A stretch of 64,000 nucleotides of DNA from an uncultured virus (IMG/VR IMGVR_UViG_3300031227_016742) (IMGVR_UViG_3300031227_016742), one strand, 5' to 3'. Counted from the stretch's first letter, positions 27,003 to 36,949 are shown. A program made the numbers and translations. Notes: a model not told the origin generated them from the letters alone.

Positions 27003-27271
27003 GGGTCGGTCTCCGTGTCTTCGGTGAGGATGCGGACCACCACGGCGACACAGGCAGGGCACGGTGCGAGCCGCTGGTCCTGCTGGATGGCGTAGGTAGC
27101 GTGGTCGATGCTCGTAAAAGTCCAGTCGAACTGCGTCAGCTCGGCCCTACACCATGCAGTCCAAGCCTTCCCGGCGTGGGTGTGCTGGATGTGGCGCTCG
27201 TGGCCCTTCAGGGGCCTCGGTGTCTCATTGGACACCACTCTCTCCCCGTCGTCGTGTTTTGTGTCAGCCAT
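26999..27271 (-). CDS. Hypothetical protein
   Basis: 90 aa from MADTKH; WC...CPAC. Confidence 0.7.
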   Translation of the reverse strand: MADTKHDDGERVVSNETPRPLKGHERHIQHTHAGKAWTAWCRAELTQFDWTFTSIDHATYAIQQDQRLAPCPACVAVVVRILTEDTETDP

Positions 27272-27741
27272 CAGCCCCGAGCCTCCTTCACAGCCCTGTT
27301 CAGGCTCCGTGTGATGATGCCCAGCGCCGCCTTGCAGCCGTCCTCGCACTCGACACAGTCAGCACCCTTGGCCTTGCACTCGGCCATCCAGGCGACGTGC
27401 TTGGCGCGGTAGTCCGTGAGCTGCTTGACGGCGTCCTTCCAGGCAGCGAGCTGGTTCAGGGAGAACGTTCCAGGCCAATCAGCCAGAGCAAAGCTTCTAC
27501 GCTCGGACTCGTCTGCCACCCTGCGGGCGTAGACCATCTTTGGGGACAGGTTCTCACCCTGCGAAGGGATTCCAAAACAGGCCAGCTTGCGCCGGGGCGG
27601 CCTCTGGATGGAGGACACGTACCACTTCTCCAGCTTCGCGACGTAGTACCCGTCCCCGATGTCCACTCGGTAGAGCACGCGGCTGACACACTTGCCCCGG
27701 GTCTTCAGCTTACGAGCTGGACTCTTCGCGCTTCTACCCAC
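27271..27741 (-). CDS. Basic hypothetical protein
   Basis: 156 aa, RBS GAGGTG. Confidence 0.65.
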   Translation of the reverse strand: MGRSAKSPARKLKTRGKCVSRVLYRVDIGDGYYVAKLEKWYVSSIQRPPRRKLACFGIPSQGENLSPKMVYARRVADESERRSFALADWPGTFSLNQLAAWKDAVKQLTDYRAKHVAWMAECKAKGADCVECEDGCKAALGIITRSLNRAVKEARG

Positions 27742-27775
27742 TGGACACCTCTCGTGTTCTTCCCTGTTCGTGCTC

Positions 27776-27845
27776 CGCGAAGCGCGCCGCGAAGCGAGCG
27801 GTAAGCGGTGAGCGGTGAGCGGTGAGCGGTCCGGCGAAGCCGGAC
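27776..27845 (+). repeat. Heptamer/hairpin element (GCGGTRA x4)
   Basis: Two CGC-GAA-GCG; tract 27798-27825; GTCCGGC-GAA-GCCGGAC touching stop 27845. Confidence 0.9.
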
Positions 27846-28621
27846 TACACCCCGTCCCTGTATTCCAAGTCCTTGCCCAGCGGGATGATGCCCAGGTGGA
27901 TCCCCACCCGTCGGTCGGCCTCGATCAAGGCCTGACGCAGATACTCGGGGATCTTCTCGCCCATCAGCCGGAAGCGGCCTTCGGGGTCCATGCCCAACAG
28001 CCATATGCGGCGGGTGAGCGCGTTGCCGGACAGCCCGTAGCGACGCCTGGCCTTGCACCAGCGCTGGGCTTCCGATCCGAAAGACTTACCGTGCTCGCTC
28101 TCATGCAGCGCACGGAGGTCGTCACTCTGGAACTGCCTGAGCAGCACATCGCGCCAAACCTCGAGCAGCCCGGGCAGGTCCCGTTCGGGGGGCCAGTAGT
28201 CGTCGAAGGAGTCGCGGACGCTGCTGAAGACGGCTCCGCCCATGGTCTGCACCACGACGACGACGGTGCCATGCAGCAGGTGCCAGGCGCGGATGTCCTC
28301 CTCCATGCAGCCATCGGGCAGGTCGGTGGACTGGCCGGGGTAGGGGGCGATGTGAGCGACGGTGTTCTTGGTGGCTCCGACCACCCCGCCACCGCCCATG
28401 GGACCCAACCGCTGGCTGTAGATCACGGCGTGCTGGCGCAGCTCGGGGGTGAGATGATCGGGCTTGATGTTCGGGTCGATGTGACGCATACGCTGCATCA
28501 GGGCGGGGAGCGTCCCATGGACACGTCCGCTGGCCTCGGCACGCTGCTCGGAGTTCATGTTGGCGAAGGTGCCGATGTCACGGCGCCACTGCTCACGGAG
28601 GGGGATGCTGTCGATTCGCAT
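27845..28621 (-). CDS. Hypothetical protein
   Basis: 258 aa, RBS CAGGAG. Confidence 0.8.
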   Translation of the reverse strand: MRIDSIPLREQWRRDIGTFANMNSEQRAEASGRVHGTLPALMQRMRHIDPNIKPDHLTPELRQHAVIYSQRLGPMGGGGVVGATKNTVAHIAPYPGQSTDLPDGCMEEDIRAWHLLHGTVVVVVQTMGGAVFSSVRDSFDDYWPPERDLPGLLEVWRDVLLRQFQSDDLRALHESEHGKSFGSEAQRWCKARRRYGLSGNALTRRIWLLGMDPEGRFRLMGEKIPEYLRQALIEADRRVGIHLGIIPLGKDLEYRDGV

Positions 28622-28646
28622 GGTTCACTCCTGTTTCGATGTCAGG

Positions 28647-28675
28647 AGTGTATGCCACCAGCAGTAGCAGGTCAA
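28647..28675 (-). promoter_or_regulatory. Promoter TTGACC-17-TACACT, operator fills the spacer (28653-28669)
   Basis: TGCCAC-CAGCA-GTAGCA. Confidence 0.85.
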
Positions 28676-28685
28676 GCGCTTCTTT

Positions 28686-28892
28686 TTACTGAACCATCAA
28701 CGGGCACCGCTCGGGCTCGTGGCAGTCCAGGCAGGTGCGTTCTTGGTCGTCGACGCAGGGCACGCCATCAGGCCGGCGCCGCAGGAAGTTGTCGCAGGTG
28801 ACCCTGTCGGGATGAGCCTGGCACACGCCGCCCTCTCCGTGGACGAGGCGCAGGCAGTCGGTGTCGGTGCATGGTGGATGTTTCTGTTCCAT
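28686..28892 (-). CDS. Small Cys-rich protein
   Basis: 68 aa, 8 Cys, RBS AGGAG. Confidence 0.65.
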   Translation of the reverse strand: MEQKHPPCTDTDCLRLVHGEGGVCQAHPDRVTCDNFLRRRPDGVPCVDDQERTCLDCHEPERCPLMVQ

Positions 28893-28901
28893 GGTCTTCT
28901 C

Positions 28902-29348
28902 CTACCAGCCCTCACCGGCATCGAGCTGTTCCGCGGTGACCGCGTTCAGTGAGATCAAGTTCTTGGCGGTGGCAACGCGCGAGCTGCGCAGGAAAGTGGA
29001 CAAGCACTGCTCCCCGGGTTCGAGCATGGCGAGCTTCGAAAACGTCACCGCCAGCGCGTCGGCGATGTCGTCGTGACCACCGTGGAAGGCGACGTGATAG
29101 TCCCCGGCGAGGAAGATGCGGACGTCGATGTCGTGCTCGCGCCCGAACTCGTGTTCATCGCCGAGGCAGCCGAAGCAGGGATCGGAGCTCTTGTAGTCGA
29201 GCACGAAGGTCGGCTCCCCAGCGGTCCCGGCTTTCCGGCTAACGACGGCGCCTGTCAGGTCACAGCGCACGTGGTCGACGACCTTGACCGGATCGTCCAA
29301 CTCCCCGGTGAGGGTGTCGAAGCGGGGCTCTTCTCGGTAGATGTTCAC
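28902..29348 (-). CDS. Hypothetical protein
   Basis: 148 aa, RBS AGGAG. Confidence 0.75.
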   Translation of the reverse strand: MNIYREEPRFDTLTGELDDPVKVVDHVRCDLTGAVVSRKAGTAGEPTFVLDYKSSDPCFGCLGDEHEFGREHDIDVRIFLAGDYHVAFHGGHDDIADALAVTFSKLAMLEPGEQCLSTFLRSSRVATAKNLISLNAVTAEQLDAGEGW

Positions 29349-30166
29349 GGCTCACTCCTGGGAGCCTGTGGAACGGGCTGAGGTCCAGGAGAGGGAACAT
29401 GGTCGGTCCTGCCGTACGGCATCTCACGCCAGCGCAGCGCGGCCCGCTGCACGGCCTCTCGGGCCCAGCGTCGAGCGCACCCGGTCCCCGAGACCATGTG
29501 CTGCCGCTCGTAGACGACACACCCCTGGTAGATGCCGTAGGTCACCTTCTGGTTGTCGCTTCCGTGCTGTTCGGTGCAGGTGTCGTCCGTGACGATCACC
29601 GAGCCGAAGGTCCCACGATCCGTGACCAGCTGTACGGGAACACCGAGATCGGCATCCAGCATCCGGCTGTCGGTGTCGCCCTTCCAGCAGAAGTTCGTGC
29701 TCTGAATGTTGTCATCCAGGGCGAGCAGGCTGCGCTGTGCGGTCTGCACCCAGCCCTCCCACTGCGGCAGGTCCTGGTAGCTGACGATGTCCTGCTGCAG
29801 CGCCTGACGCGTGGCCTCTCGGATGCTGTCGGCGATGAGCTCTACCCAGCGAGCCCCGGCACCCTTCATGCGGTCATAGCCGGTCATGGAGCGGGCGTGC
29901 CGGCTCCCTCCCCAGCACCACACCTTGCGCGAGAAACAGACCGTAGCCAGCCCGTTCATGGGATCGGGAAGCAGCACTTCCCAGTCGCAGAGGGTCTCTT
30001 TGTCCCACACCTGGCCGATGAGCTCGGGCTTCACCAGCTGCCACTGGCGCACGGCGAACATGGGACCGAGGCGATGCGCCAGGCGCAGGGCGTTGACCGT
30101 GTCGGGCCCATAGGGCAGCAGCCAGGGGTCGAAGGAGGCACACTCTTGGGCCCGTAGGGCGTTCAT
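29345..30166 (-). CDS. Hypothetical protein
   Basis: 273 aa from MNALRAQ, RBS GGAGG. Confidence 0.75.
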   Translation of the reverse strand: MNALRAQECASFDPWLLPYGPDTVNALRLAHRLGPMFAVRQWQLVKPELIGQVWDKETLCDWEVLLPDPMNGLATVCFSRKVWCWGGSRHARSMTGYDRMKGAGARWVELIADSIREATRQALQQDIVSYQDLPQWEGWVQTAQRSLLALDDNIQSTNFCWKGDTDSRMLDADLGVPVQLVTDRGTFGSVIVTDDTCTEQHGSDNQKVTYGIYQGCVVYERQHMVSGTGCARRWAREAVQRAALRWREMPYGRTDHVPSPGPQPVPQAPRSEP

Positions 30167-30444
30167 GACCCCTCCCAACCCGGATGCATCGTCATGAAGC
30201 GGTACTCGTCTGGATCGTAGCCGGTAGGATCGGAGTCGCCCTCCGTGTCGGCCTCGAAGACATCGAGCTGGGCCAGGTCGTCCGCGGCGTCCAAGGCGTT
30301 GACGATGTCGCCGGATGTAGGCATGCCCGTGACGTTGCGCACACAGACGATCTCACCCTGGCCGTCTCCGGTGTGCTTGACCTCGACCTCGATAGCCATG
30401 TTGACCATGGCCGAGATGGTGATGACCTTGTTTTCCTGTTCCAT
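30163..30444 (-). CDS. Hypothetical protein
   Basis: 93 aa from MEQENK, RBS GAGGA. Confidence 0.7.
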   Translation of the reverse strand: MEQENKVITISAMVNMAIEVEVKHTGDGQGEIVCVRNVTGMPTSGDIVNALDAADDLAQLDVFEADTEGDSDPTGYDPDEYRFMTMHPGWEGS

Positions 30445-30478
30445 GACGTCCTCGTTGTCCGTAACGCTCAGGTGGCGA

Positions 30479-30509
30479 GCAGTAAGCGGTAAGCGGTAAG
30501 CGGTAAGCG
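30479..30509 (+). repeat. Heptamer element (GCRGTAA x4)
   Basis: Directly 3' of stop 30513. Confidence 0.85.
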
Positions 30510-30512
30510 CTG

Positions 30513-30818
30513 CTATCGGGCCTCTTTCTCGGCGTTGTGCTGCGCCCACTTCTCCATCCAGTCCGGTCCCCACCGATCCAAGAGCCCGATCTCGGCATAC
30601 GAGAGATCAACGCTCTTTCTCTTGATGGCGCCCGTCCTCTCCATGTCGGCCAGGACCCAGACCGTGCCGCCTGTCTTTCCCCGCTTTATCTCGGTGACGA
30701 CACCGTCCCAGTTGTCTCCGTGGGTCTCTCTCAGGTGGTCGCCGACTCGCGCCATTGTGCCCAGTCTGCTGGCATACTCGTCGAACTTACGGTCCTTGCT
30801 CCAGATTCGTCCTGGCAT
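30513..30818 (-). CDS. Hypothetical protein
   Basis: 101 aa from MPGRIW, RBS GAGGA. Confidence 0.7.
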   Translation of the reverse strand: MPGRIWSKDRKFDEYASRLGTMARVGDHLRETHGDNWDGVVTEIKRGKTGGTVWVLADMERTGAIKRKSVDLSYAEIGLLDRWGPDWMEKWAQHNAEKEAR

Positions 30819-30857
30819 CGTGGTCGTTCCTCGGTGTTCATGGCGCCCGGGTGACGA

Positions 30858-30891
30858 GCGGTGAGCGGTGAGCGCTGATGACCACAGGTCA
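30858..30891 (+). repeat. Short heptamer/hairpin element
   Basis: GCGGTGA x2, GCGCTGA, then TGACC-ACA-GGTCA over stop 30889. Confidence 0.75.
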
Positions 30892-31812
30892 GCAAATAGG
30901 GCAGTTCTGCCAGCCGACGTGGACCAGGCCATCCGCCTGCAACACGGTGCTGCGGATCTCGCCAGCATCCTCCATGGTCGTGGCCATGCAGTCGACCGTG
31001 ACCACCGACATGTCTCCGTAGGACCAGACCACGGGCCCATAGTCCAGCCGATAGACCGGATAGCCGCGCTTCTTCAGCACGTGCTCGGTGATGGCGCCTG
31101 GGATGGAGAGATCCGCGCCGTGCTCATCGATCCAGGCCGCGGTGACGCCCGCGACGCTGCTCTCGCTGTTGACCCTGGGCTTCCCGAGGCTACGCAGGGT
31201 CAACTGCTTGCAGCCACAACGACGGAGACGATCGATCAGGACGTCGACCAGATCGACGAGGACTTCGGCCGGTTCGTCCGCCATGGGTCCTCCCTTGGTC
31301 CGACAATCCTTCACGGCGTGGGTCCACGGAAGCCAGTCCTTGCGGGTCAGGTTCAGACTCAGCCGGGGGATCATGCCAGCTTCGGAGATCTTGTGGATCA
31401 GGTCGCCGTAGAAGACGTCATGATTCATGATTCGCTGGTTCAGAGCTTCGTCCACGGATGCTGCCGAGATGGAGATCGTGGAGAGCCCGGACCAGGCCAG
31501 CACTCCGATGAGCTCATCGGTCAGGCCGGCCCCACTGGTCTGAAGCTCCACCCTCGGGATGCCGCCGGCCTTCAGATCCTTGACCGTCTGCACCACAATC
31601 CTGTCGACCATCATCGGTTCACCGCGGCCGGTGACGAGCACCGTGTCGATGCCGTTGAAGCGGCAGTAGTCGATGGCCTTGGGGATGGAGGAGACCAGCC
31701 GGGCGTTGGCGCTGCTCTTGCTGCCTTGCTGCTGGGTGAGCCTGCTGATGCAGAACGGGCAGCGGTTGGGGCACGGGCAGGCCAGGTTGATGGACAGAGA
31801 GGTGGACTTCAT
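30889..31812 (-). CDS. Radical SAM protein
   Basis: CPNRCPFC (CxxxCxxC), TGRGEP, ELQTSG. Confidence 0.9.
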   Translation of the reverse strand: MKSTSLSINLACPCPNRCPFCISRLTQQQGSKSSANARLVSSIPKAIDYCRFNGIDTVLVTGRGEPMMVDRIVVQTVKDLKAGGIPRVELQTSGAGLTDELIGVLAWSGLSTISISAASVDEALNQRIMNHDVFYGDLIHKISEAGMIPRLSLNLTRKDWLPWTHAVKDCRTKGGPMADEPAEVLVDLVDVLIDRLRRCGCKQLTLRSLGKPRVNSESSVAGVTAAWIDEHGADLSIPGAITEHVLKKRGYPVYRLDYGPVVWSYGDMSVVTVDCMATTMEDAGEIRSTVLQADGLVHVGWQNCPIC

Positions 31813-32435
31813 CGTGCTGTCTCCAAGACGACTGCATCGGGGAGCGTGCCCACGAACTCGAAGAGAACGACGGGGTAGTGGGTCAGCGGGACGAGGGTCG
31901 CAGCCGCGAAGGAGCCGGTGTACCTGACGTCGATGGTGGGCTCGTAGATGTCAGGGTGCATCACACAGTGATGTAGCCGGCCGTCAGGCAGCTCGATGAG
32001 CACACGGTTGGGGAAGATGTCCTCGAGGATGGTCTGACCCTCCCACTCGAAGGTGAAGCAGCGGTCACTCTCAGAGCTGTCGATGTTCGCCATCACCCTA
32101 TGCCCCGGCCCGAAGGAGGGGTTGTAGGCGATGGACATCGAGCGGTTCACGGCGATGCGTTCGTTCATCGCGGCCTTGATGCGCTGCGAGACCCGGTGGG
32201 TCGTGTGGCCCTTGGCCCAGCGAGCGAAGGACTCGACGGTGCAGACCTGCAGGCGTCCGCTCCGGAAAGACACGATGGTGCCGCCCTTGCGCTCCTTGAA
32301 GGCCATGTAGGCGACGTTGTGGTCGCTCTTGACCCCGGCGTAGGCCTTGTACCACCCAGCGATGTCCACCACGACACGGTAGCCTTCCTTGCCGTCGTGG
32401 TAGACGTTCTCTTTTCCGATCTGATCTCTGCGCAT
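31809..32435 (-). CDS. Hypothetical protein
   Basis: 208 aa, RBS AGGAGGT. Confidence 0.8.
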   Translation of the reverse strand: MRRDQIGKENVYHDGKEGYRVVVDIAGWYKAYAGVKSDHNVAYMAFKERKGGTIVSFRSGRLQVCTVESFARWAKGHTTHRVSQRIKAAMNERIAVNRSMSIAYNPSFGPGHRVMANIDSSESDRCFTFEWEGQTILEDIFPNRVLIELPDGRLHHCVMHPDIYEPTIDVRYTGSFAAATLVPLTHYPVVLFEFVGTLPDAVVLETAR

Positions 32436-32459
32436 GAGGCTACCTCCTGTTGTGGAGGA

Positions 32460-32488
32460 AGTCTATGCTACCAGCAGTGGCACGTCAA
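32460..32488 (-). promoter_or_regulatory. Promoter TTGACG-17-TAGACT, operator fills the spacer (32466-32482)
   Basis: TGCTAC-CAGCA-GTGGCA. Confidence 0.85.
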
Positions 32489-32506
32489 GCGCTATGATGT
32501 CATCCC

Positions 32507-32558
32507 CCGCGAAGCGGCTGTAAGCTGTCGGCTGTCGGCTGTCGGCCGGCCGAAGGCC
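32507..32558 (+). repeat. Heptamer/hairpin element (GCTGTMR x4)
   Basis: CCGC-GAA-GCGG, tract 32517-32544, GGCC-GAA-GGCC before stop 32561. Confidence 0.9.
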
Positions 32559-32560
32559 CA

Positions 32561-33175
32561 TCAGTACAGCGCCTCGAACTTCGCTTCGTCGTCCCCGCAG
32601 GCACCCTTCAGTCTGTCGATCCAGGCCTGGGTCTTGATCTTGAACATCACGGGACCTCCAGCCTTCTGACTGAAAGCGCCCTTGCAGACCACGCCCTCGA
32701 AGGTGACCCCGTCCAGGCTCCCCTCTCGAACGGCCTCGAGCAGCCAGGGCCCGACCCGGCCGTGGTGCAGCACCTTGGGGTGGTCCAGGTGCCCGAAGAG
32801 CTTCAGAAACTCCCTGGACGCCAGGATTCCCTTCTTGAAAGGGGCCACGTCGAACAGTGTGACGTCGTGCTCCTCGTCCTCGTGGTTACCGGCGAAGCTG
32901 CTCGGCCCGTGAAACTCGAGAAAGGCCGTGGCCCTCTTGTACCGCTTCTTGCGGAAGACACGCTCGAGCTCTTCGGCGTACTTGGCGTGGAACAACCCAG
33001 GCGCCTCGGCCAGCCACGGATTGGAGTCGTCCAGTAGACCGTTTTTGCGACCGAACTTGGCGAAGCCCCGCTTGGGGGTCCACTCCGCCCGAATCAACGA
33101 TCCGTCCAGCTTGTCGAAGATGTGGAAGAGGCCGGAGTGATCCGGACGGTGGGGGATGGACGGGTAGGGCTTCAT
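32561..33175 (-). CDS. RNA ligase-like nucleotidyltransferase
   Basis: YPSI, motif I KLDGS, E.HG, LFDV, motif IV EGVVCK, motif V KIK. Confidence 0.8.
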   Translation of the reverse strand: MKPYPSIPHRPDHSGLFHIFDKLDGSLIRAEWTPKRGFAKFGRKNGLLDDSNPWLAEAPGLFHAKYAEELERVFRKKRYKRATAFLEFHGPSSFAGNHEDEEHDVTLFDVAPFKKGILASREFLKLFGHLDHPKVLHHGRVGPWLLEAVREGSLDGVTFEGVVCKGAFSQKAGGPVMFKIKTQAWIDRLKGACGDDEAKFEALY

Positions 33176-33420
33176 GAATCGCCCCAAGCCCACCGATGCT
33201 CTCCACACCAGTCGCTGCTCGACACCGCGGGCCATGACCTCGAGCCACAGGCCGTCTGGTGGCGCTCTGGGGCCTTTATGTGGCAGGCCAGCCCATCGGG
33301 TCGACCGTTGCCGGGACCGGCCCTGGAGAAGCGGCAGTTGCCGCAGCGTGGCGGTCCGTCGCGGCTCTCACTCTTACTGCTTCCGCCCAGGAGCCTTGCC
33401 AAGAATCCGCTCGTCATCAC
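33172..33420 (-). CDS. Small Cys-rich protein
   Basis: CGNCRF...C...WP.V...DWCGEH. Confidence 0.7.
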   Translation of the reverse strand: MMTSGFLARLLGGSSKSESRDGPPRCGNCRFSRAGPGNGRPDGLACHIKAPERHQTACGSRSWPAVSSSDWCGEHRWAWGDS

Positions 33421-33746
33421 CGCTCCTCATCCGGATCGGTCAAGGGCTCCGGCATGCAGTAGACGTAGCCGGGGCTACAATAGGACAGGGGCTTGGGGCA
33501 GACCATGGCCCACTCCTCCCTGGCCAGCCCGCTGCCAAGCACCAGCAAGCTCATGGCCTCGAGGTGTCGGTCCATCTTGCTCGTATCGAGCTTCTCCACC
33601 TCATCGGGAGGCAACACGCGCTCGGCCTCCTGCGCCAAGAAGAGGAAGTGGAGCATGGTGTCGTGCATACGCACGCGCACGGGCACGTCGGGGTCGTGCA
33701 TCCTGTCCTTGTCTCTCAACTTCCTGGTGGTCTCTTCCGTGCTCAT
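33417..33746 (-). CDS. Hypothetical protein
   Basis: 109 aa, ATGA overlap. Confidence 0.7.
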   Translation of the reverse strand: MSTEETTRKLRDKDRMHDPDVPVRVRMHDTMLHFLFLAQEAERVLPPDEVEKLDTSKMDRHLEAMSLLVLGSGLAREEWAMVCPKPLSYCSPGYVYCMPEPLTDPDEER

Positions 33747-34570
33747 GACGATCCCCCTTCGACCGTGATCTCGACGACACGGACGTCTTCGATGTCCATA
33801 GAGGCAGGGGCCGGCAGCAGAAAGGCCGCGCCTACGAGTTTATGCTCTTCTTCGGTCAGCCCACGATGCAGCAGGTCCCCGAGGTCGCAGATGAGGTCCT
33901 CGAGCGTATCGACCTCACCATCCGGCATCCGATCCTCGACCTCGCGCAGGGTGCCCTGCAGGGCCAGCAGGGTGCGGTACAGCTGGATCCTGTGTGACAT
34001 CCCACGGTGGCAAAGGTTCGGCTCCCAGTCCGACCCGCGCAGAAACTCACGCATGGCATCGGCCAGGACGTACGTCTCGCAACGACGCTCCATCGCGCCG
34101 GACAGCAGCGCTTGAGCCTCGGCGCAGAAGTGGGTGGTGGCCTCGAGCGTGACCTGGTCTTCGAGCTCGAGGACTCGCATCAGGTTCACCAGCTGCAGCA
34201 CCGCGGTGTACAGCTCGATGTAGGCCATCCGCGGTGCAGCGGCCCGGGCGTCACGCTCCCGGATCAGCTCGAGGTACTTGTCCGCTTCGGAGTAGCCGTT
34301 GATGATCTTACAGATTCCGTTGGCCAGCTCGGTCTCTTCGTGCTTACCGCGCATGTCCTCCCTGCTGCCGTAGAAGCAACAGCAGAAGTCGGCCCAGAAG
34401 AAGAAAGCATCATTCGGGTCAGCCCCAAAGGCACGCTCGTCGTCCGGTGGGTACTCTTCACGCTCGTCCAGCCGAAAGGCGACGCCGTAGCGAGCCTCGA
34501 AGACAGGAACCAGCATGGTCAGCGTAGGGCCGGAGCGCTTGGTGTGGCAGATTAGGATCTGAAACTTCAT
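33743..34570 (-). CDS. Hypothetical protein
   Basis: 275 aa from MKFQIL downstream of an operator-promoter. Confidence 0.75.
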   Translation of the reverse strand: MKFQILICHTKRSGPTLTMLVPVFEARYGVAFRLDEREEYPPDDERAFGADPNDAFFFWADFCCCFYGSREDMRGKHEETELANGICKIINGYSEADKYLELIRERDARAAAPRMAYIELYTAVLQLVNLMRVLELEDQVTLEATTHFCAEAQALLSGAMERRCETYVLADAMREFLRGSDWEPNLCHRGMSHRIQLYRTLLALQGTLREVEDRMPDGEVDTLEDLICDLGDLLHRGLTEEEHKLVGAAFLLPAPASMDIEDVRVVEITVEGGSS

Positions 34571-34592
34571 ATCGAGCCTCGGGTACAAAGAA

Positions 34593-34621
34593 ACCGTATG
34601 CTACCAGCAGTAGCACGTCAA
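34593..34621 (-). promoter_or_regulatory. Promoter TTGACG-17-TACGGT, perfect operator fills the spacer (34599-34615)
   Basis: TGCTAC-CAGCA-GTAGCA. Confidence 0.85.
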
Positions 34622-34662
34622 GCCCTGGAAACCCCGCAGACCGTGTCGGAGGTCGCTCTCGG

Positions 34663-35352
34663 CTACTCCTCGCCGTCGTCGTCGCTGCGGTGGCTTCGTG
34701 TTCGCCGCCTCGTGGCGACCTTCACGGTAGGGACACTCCCGACCCACGCCGGGAGCTCCACGTCGTGCTCACCCGCGATGCGCCTGGCTCTGGTGACGAT
34801 CCTGCGAGCCCGCTTCAGCAGCCCCTCGACCCTGCGTAGCGCGTTGGCCTCGGTCCCCAGACCGTGGTGTTCGATGATGTTGTCCATGCCCTCGAGGAAG
34901 TCCTGACCATCGTGGTCGTCCTGCAGCTCCACCGCACGAAGCGACGCGGGCCTGGCGTCCTTGTCGCCGAGCATGATGTTGTCATACACGACGTTATCGA
35001 CGAATCGAGCGAAGTTCGTACACGATGGCCGCAGGCCATCCACCATGATGTACTCGTGCAGGCTCTCGGGGGCCTCGAAGGCCTGGCCCTCCTTCGAGCG
35101 CCACAGAAAGCTCCTGCTCCCGATCCTACCCCGACGCAGGCGATGATCGGCCCAGCCGCGGTAGCCCACGACGCTGCCGGGATGCGACAGAGCATACAGC
35201 ACCTTCTGCAGCATGACCCCGTCCAGCACGGGACCACCGAACATGGCAGGGTCTATTCGCATCGCCTCGGTGACATCGGGTGACGCATTGTGCGAGCTGG
35301 GTGGACGGTAGTTCCAGAACCCGAAGCGAATGTTTTGGTTGCTATGAGCCAT
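34663..35352 (-). CDS. Hypothetical protein
   Basis: 229 aa, RBS GAGGA; YRGWA..RL...GSR...W...PE.L..YI motif. Confidence 0.75.
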   Translation of the reverse strand: MAHSNQNIRFGFWNYRPPSSHNASPDVTEAMRIDPAMFGGPVLDGVMLQKVLYALSHPGSVVGYRGWADHRLRRGRIGSRSFLWRSKEGQAFEAPESLHEYIMVDGLRPSCTNFARFVDNVVYDNIMLGDKDARPASLRAVELQDDHDGQDFLEGMDNIIEHHGLGTEANALRRVEGLLKRARRIVTRARRIAGEHDVELPAWVGSVPTVKVATRRRTRSHRSDDDGEE

Positions 35353-35560
35353 CTGCGTTCCTCTCGAGGGCCTTTCGTCCGGCCTCGGCGAGCTCTACCA
35401 GGTGTTCGAGCCCCATATGCGACAGGTCGTCGTCATACACGGCCAAGATAACGAACGGCCCGTCCTCATGGCCTTGGACGATGCAGTCGCCCTCGACCCT
35501 GACAGGTGCGCCACGGACCCCTTCGATGCGCTTCCGTGCGTCATCGCTCCATTCAGACAT
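35342..35560 (-). CDS. Hypothetical protein
   Basis: 72 aa, RBS GAGGT. Confidence 0.65.
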   Translation of the reverse strand: MSEWSDDARKRIEGVRGAPVRVEGDCIVQGHEDGPFVILAVYDDDLSHMGLEHLVELAEAGRKALERNADGS

Positions 35561-35567
35561 CTCTACC

Positions 35568-36065
35568 TCACTCTACCAGCTCGAATCCGAGCTGGACCCA
35601 CTGGGCGGCAGCGACGTGGTACAGGCCTTTGGAGACCGAGTAGATGGCTCGACCACCGACCGGGATCTCGAAGACGCCCTCCATGGCCCGGATGGAGACT
35701 GGAGTCTCCAGGGGGCTGGAGGCGTAGATCGGCTCGCTCGCGAAGGCCATGACCTCGAGCTTGTTCACCGCGGGCTGGCTCGGCCCCGGAATGTAGCCGA
35801 CAGGGTACCCGTACTCGTCTTTGGCGCACGGATAGACCTCGCCCGCCATGCAGTTGATCAACAGGACATGGGTCTTCGGGTCGAGATCGACATCCACGAA
35901 GGACCCTTCGGGACCCCAGGGCTTCTTGACCTTGACGGGACGCTCCAGGTGGACAGCCAGGACCGGGAAGTCCGGATCGGACGACTTGCGGTAGACCTGG
36001 GCACCAGGGAAGGCGACCACGAACTCATCGACAGAGCCGATGGTGATGATGGTAGGGACAGGCAT
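35568..36065 (-). CDS. Hypothetical protein
   Basis: 165 aa. Confidence 0.75.
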   Translation of the reverse strand: MPVPTIITIGSVDEFVVAFPGAQVYRKSSDPDFPVLAVHLERPVKVKKPWGPEGSFVDVDLDPKTHVLLINCMAGEVYPCAKDEYGYPVGYIPGPSQPAVNKLEVMAFASEPIYASSPLETPVSIRAMEGVFEIPVGGRAIYSVSKGLYHVAAAQWVQLGFELVE

Positions 36066-36098
36066 GGGGGTCTCTCTTTCGGTCTCTGTGAGCGAAGC

Positions 36099-36728
36099 TC
36101 ACGGCTTGGTGGTTTTCTTGTCGAGCTCGATCTGACGAAAGTGCTCGACCGCGAGCAGAAGGTTGGCCAAGGGCTCATTCTTGGTGAGGCCGGGGATCAC
36201 ATAGACACAGTCCGGCACATCTCCAGAGCAGCGCGGAACGAAGTAGGACGCCCTGTTCTGGATGATGAGCTCCCAGTAGTCGTATCCCGTCCACTGGCGT
36301 CGCCATGTCGGGCCCGGAACGCTGTTGTCCAAAAAGGTCTCGACGGTCCTGGTGAGAGCATTGGGGCCCAGGTGGCGACATTCGTACTCTATCGCCTTGC
36401 TGGCCAGCCAGCGGGTGAGTAGCAGCTGCACATAGGAGTCGTTGGGATCGAGGCCACCGATGTCGATCTCGTGGTCCGAGAAGTAGCGATACTTGGTCTC
36501 GGCCTGCCTGACCGGCTCTGAGCGCTCTGGGCAGACAGTGCAGTAGTAGTCACCGGCCTTGATCGAGTCGAACTGGTCGATGGACATCGGGATGTCCCTG
36601 AAGGAGTGGATCACCTTCTCGAGCTCTCCACCACACATCGGGCATGGGCCGGCAACGAACTTCGGCTCCTGACCGTTCCAGTCGGTGAGCAGCTCGGGCC
36701 ATGGACGGAAGTATGTGGGTTCGGCCAT
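36099..36728 (-). CDS. Zn-finger hypothetical protein
   Basis: CPMC...CTVC; TGATG overlap. Confidence 0.75.
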   Translation of the reverse strand: MAEPTYFRPWPELLTDWNGQEPKFVAGPCPMCGGELEKVIHSFRDIPMSIDQFDSIKAGDYYCTVCPERSEPVRQAETKYRYFSDHEIDIGGLDPNDSYVQLLLTRWLASKAIEYECRHLGPNALTRTVETFLDNSVPGPTWRRQWTGYDYWELIIQNRASYFVPRCSGDVPDCVYVIPGLTKNEPLANLLLAVEHFRQIELDKKTTKP

Positions 36729-36943
36729 CAGTCCGTCCCCTCGTGCATGGAAGCACGCGCCATGACCAGGGCCAGAGCCACGTCATCGGTGTCGATGTTG
36801 TCGAACGGGAACAGCACGCTCTTGCGATTGTTCTCATGCTGCTCTATGGACAGGGACTTGTCCTCCCCTTTCTTGCCGACGTTCGCCGCATAGCAGGTCA
36901 CATCCAGCTGGAGCCCATCGTTCGGCCACTTGCTCTTGGACAT
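36728..36943 (-). CDS. Hypothetical protein
   Basis: 71 aa. Confidence 0.65.
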   Translation of the reverse strand: MSKSKWPNDGLQLDVTCYAANVGKKGEDKSLSIEQHENNRKSVLFPFDNIDTDDVALALVMARASMHEGTD

Positions 36944-36949
36944 GGCTAT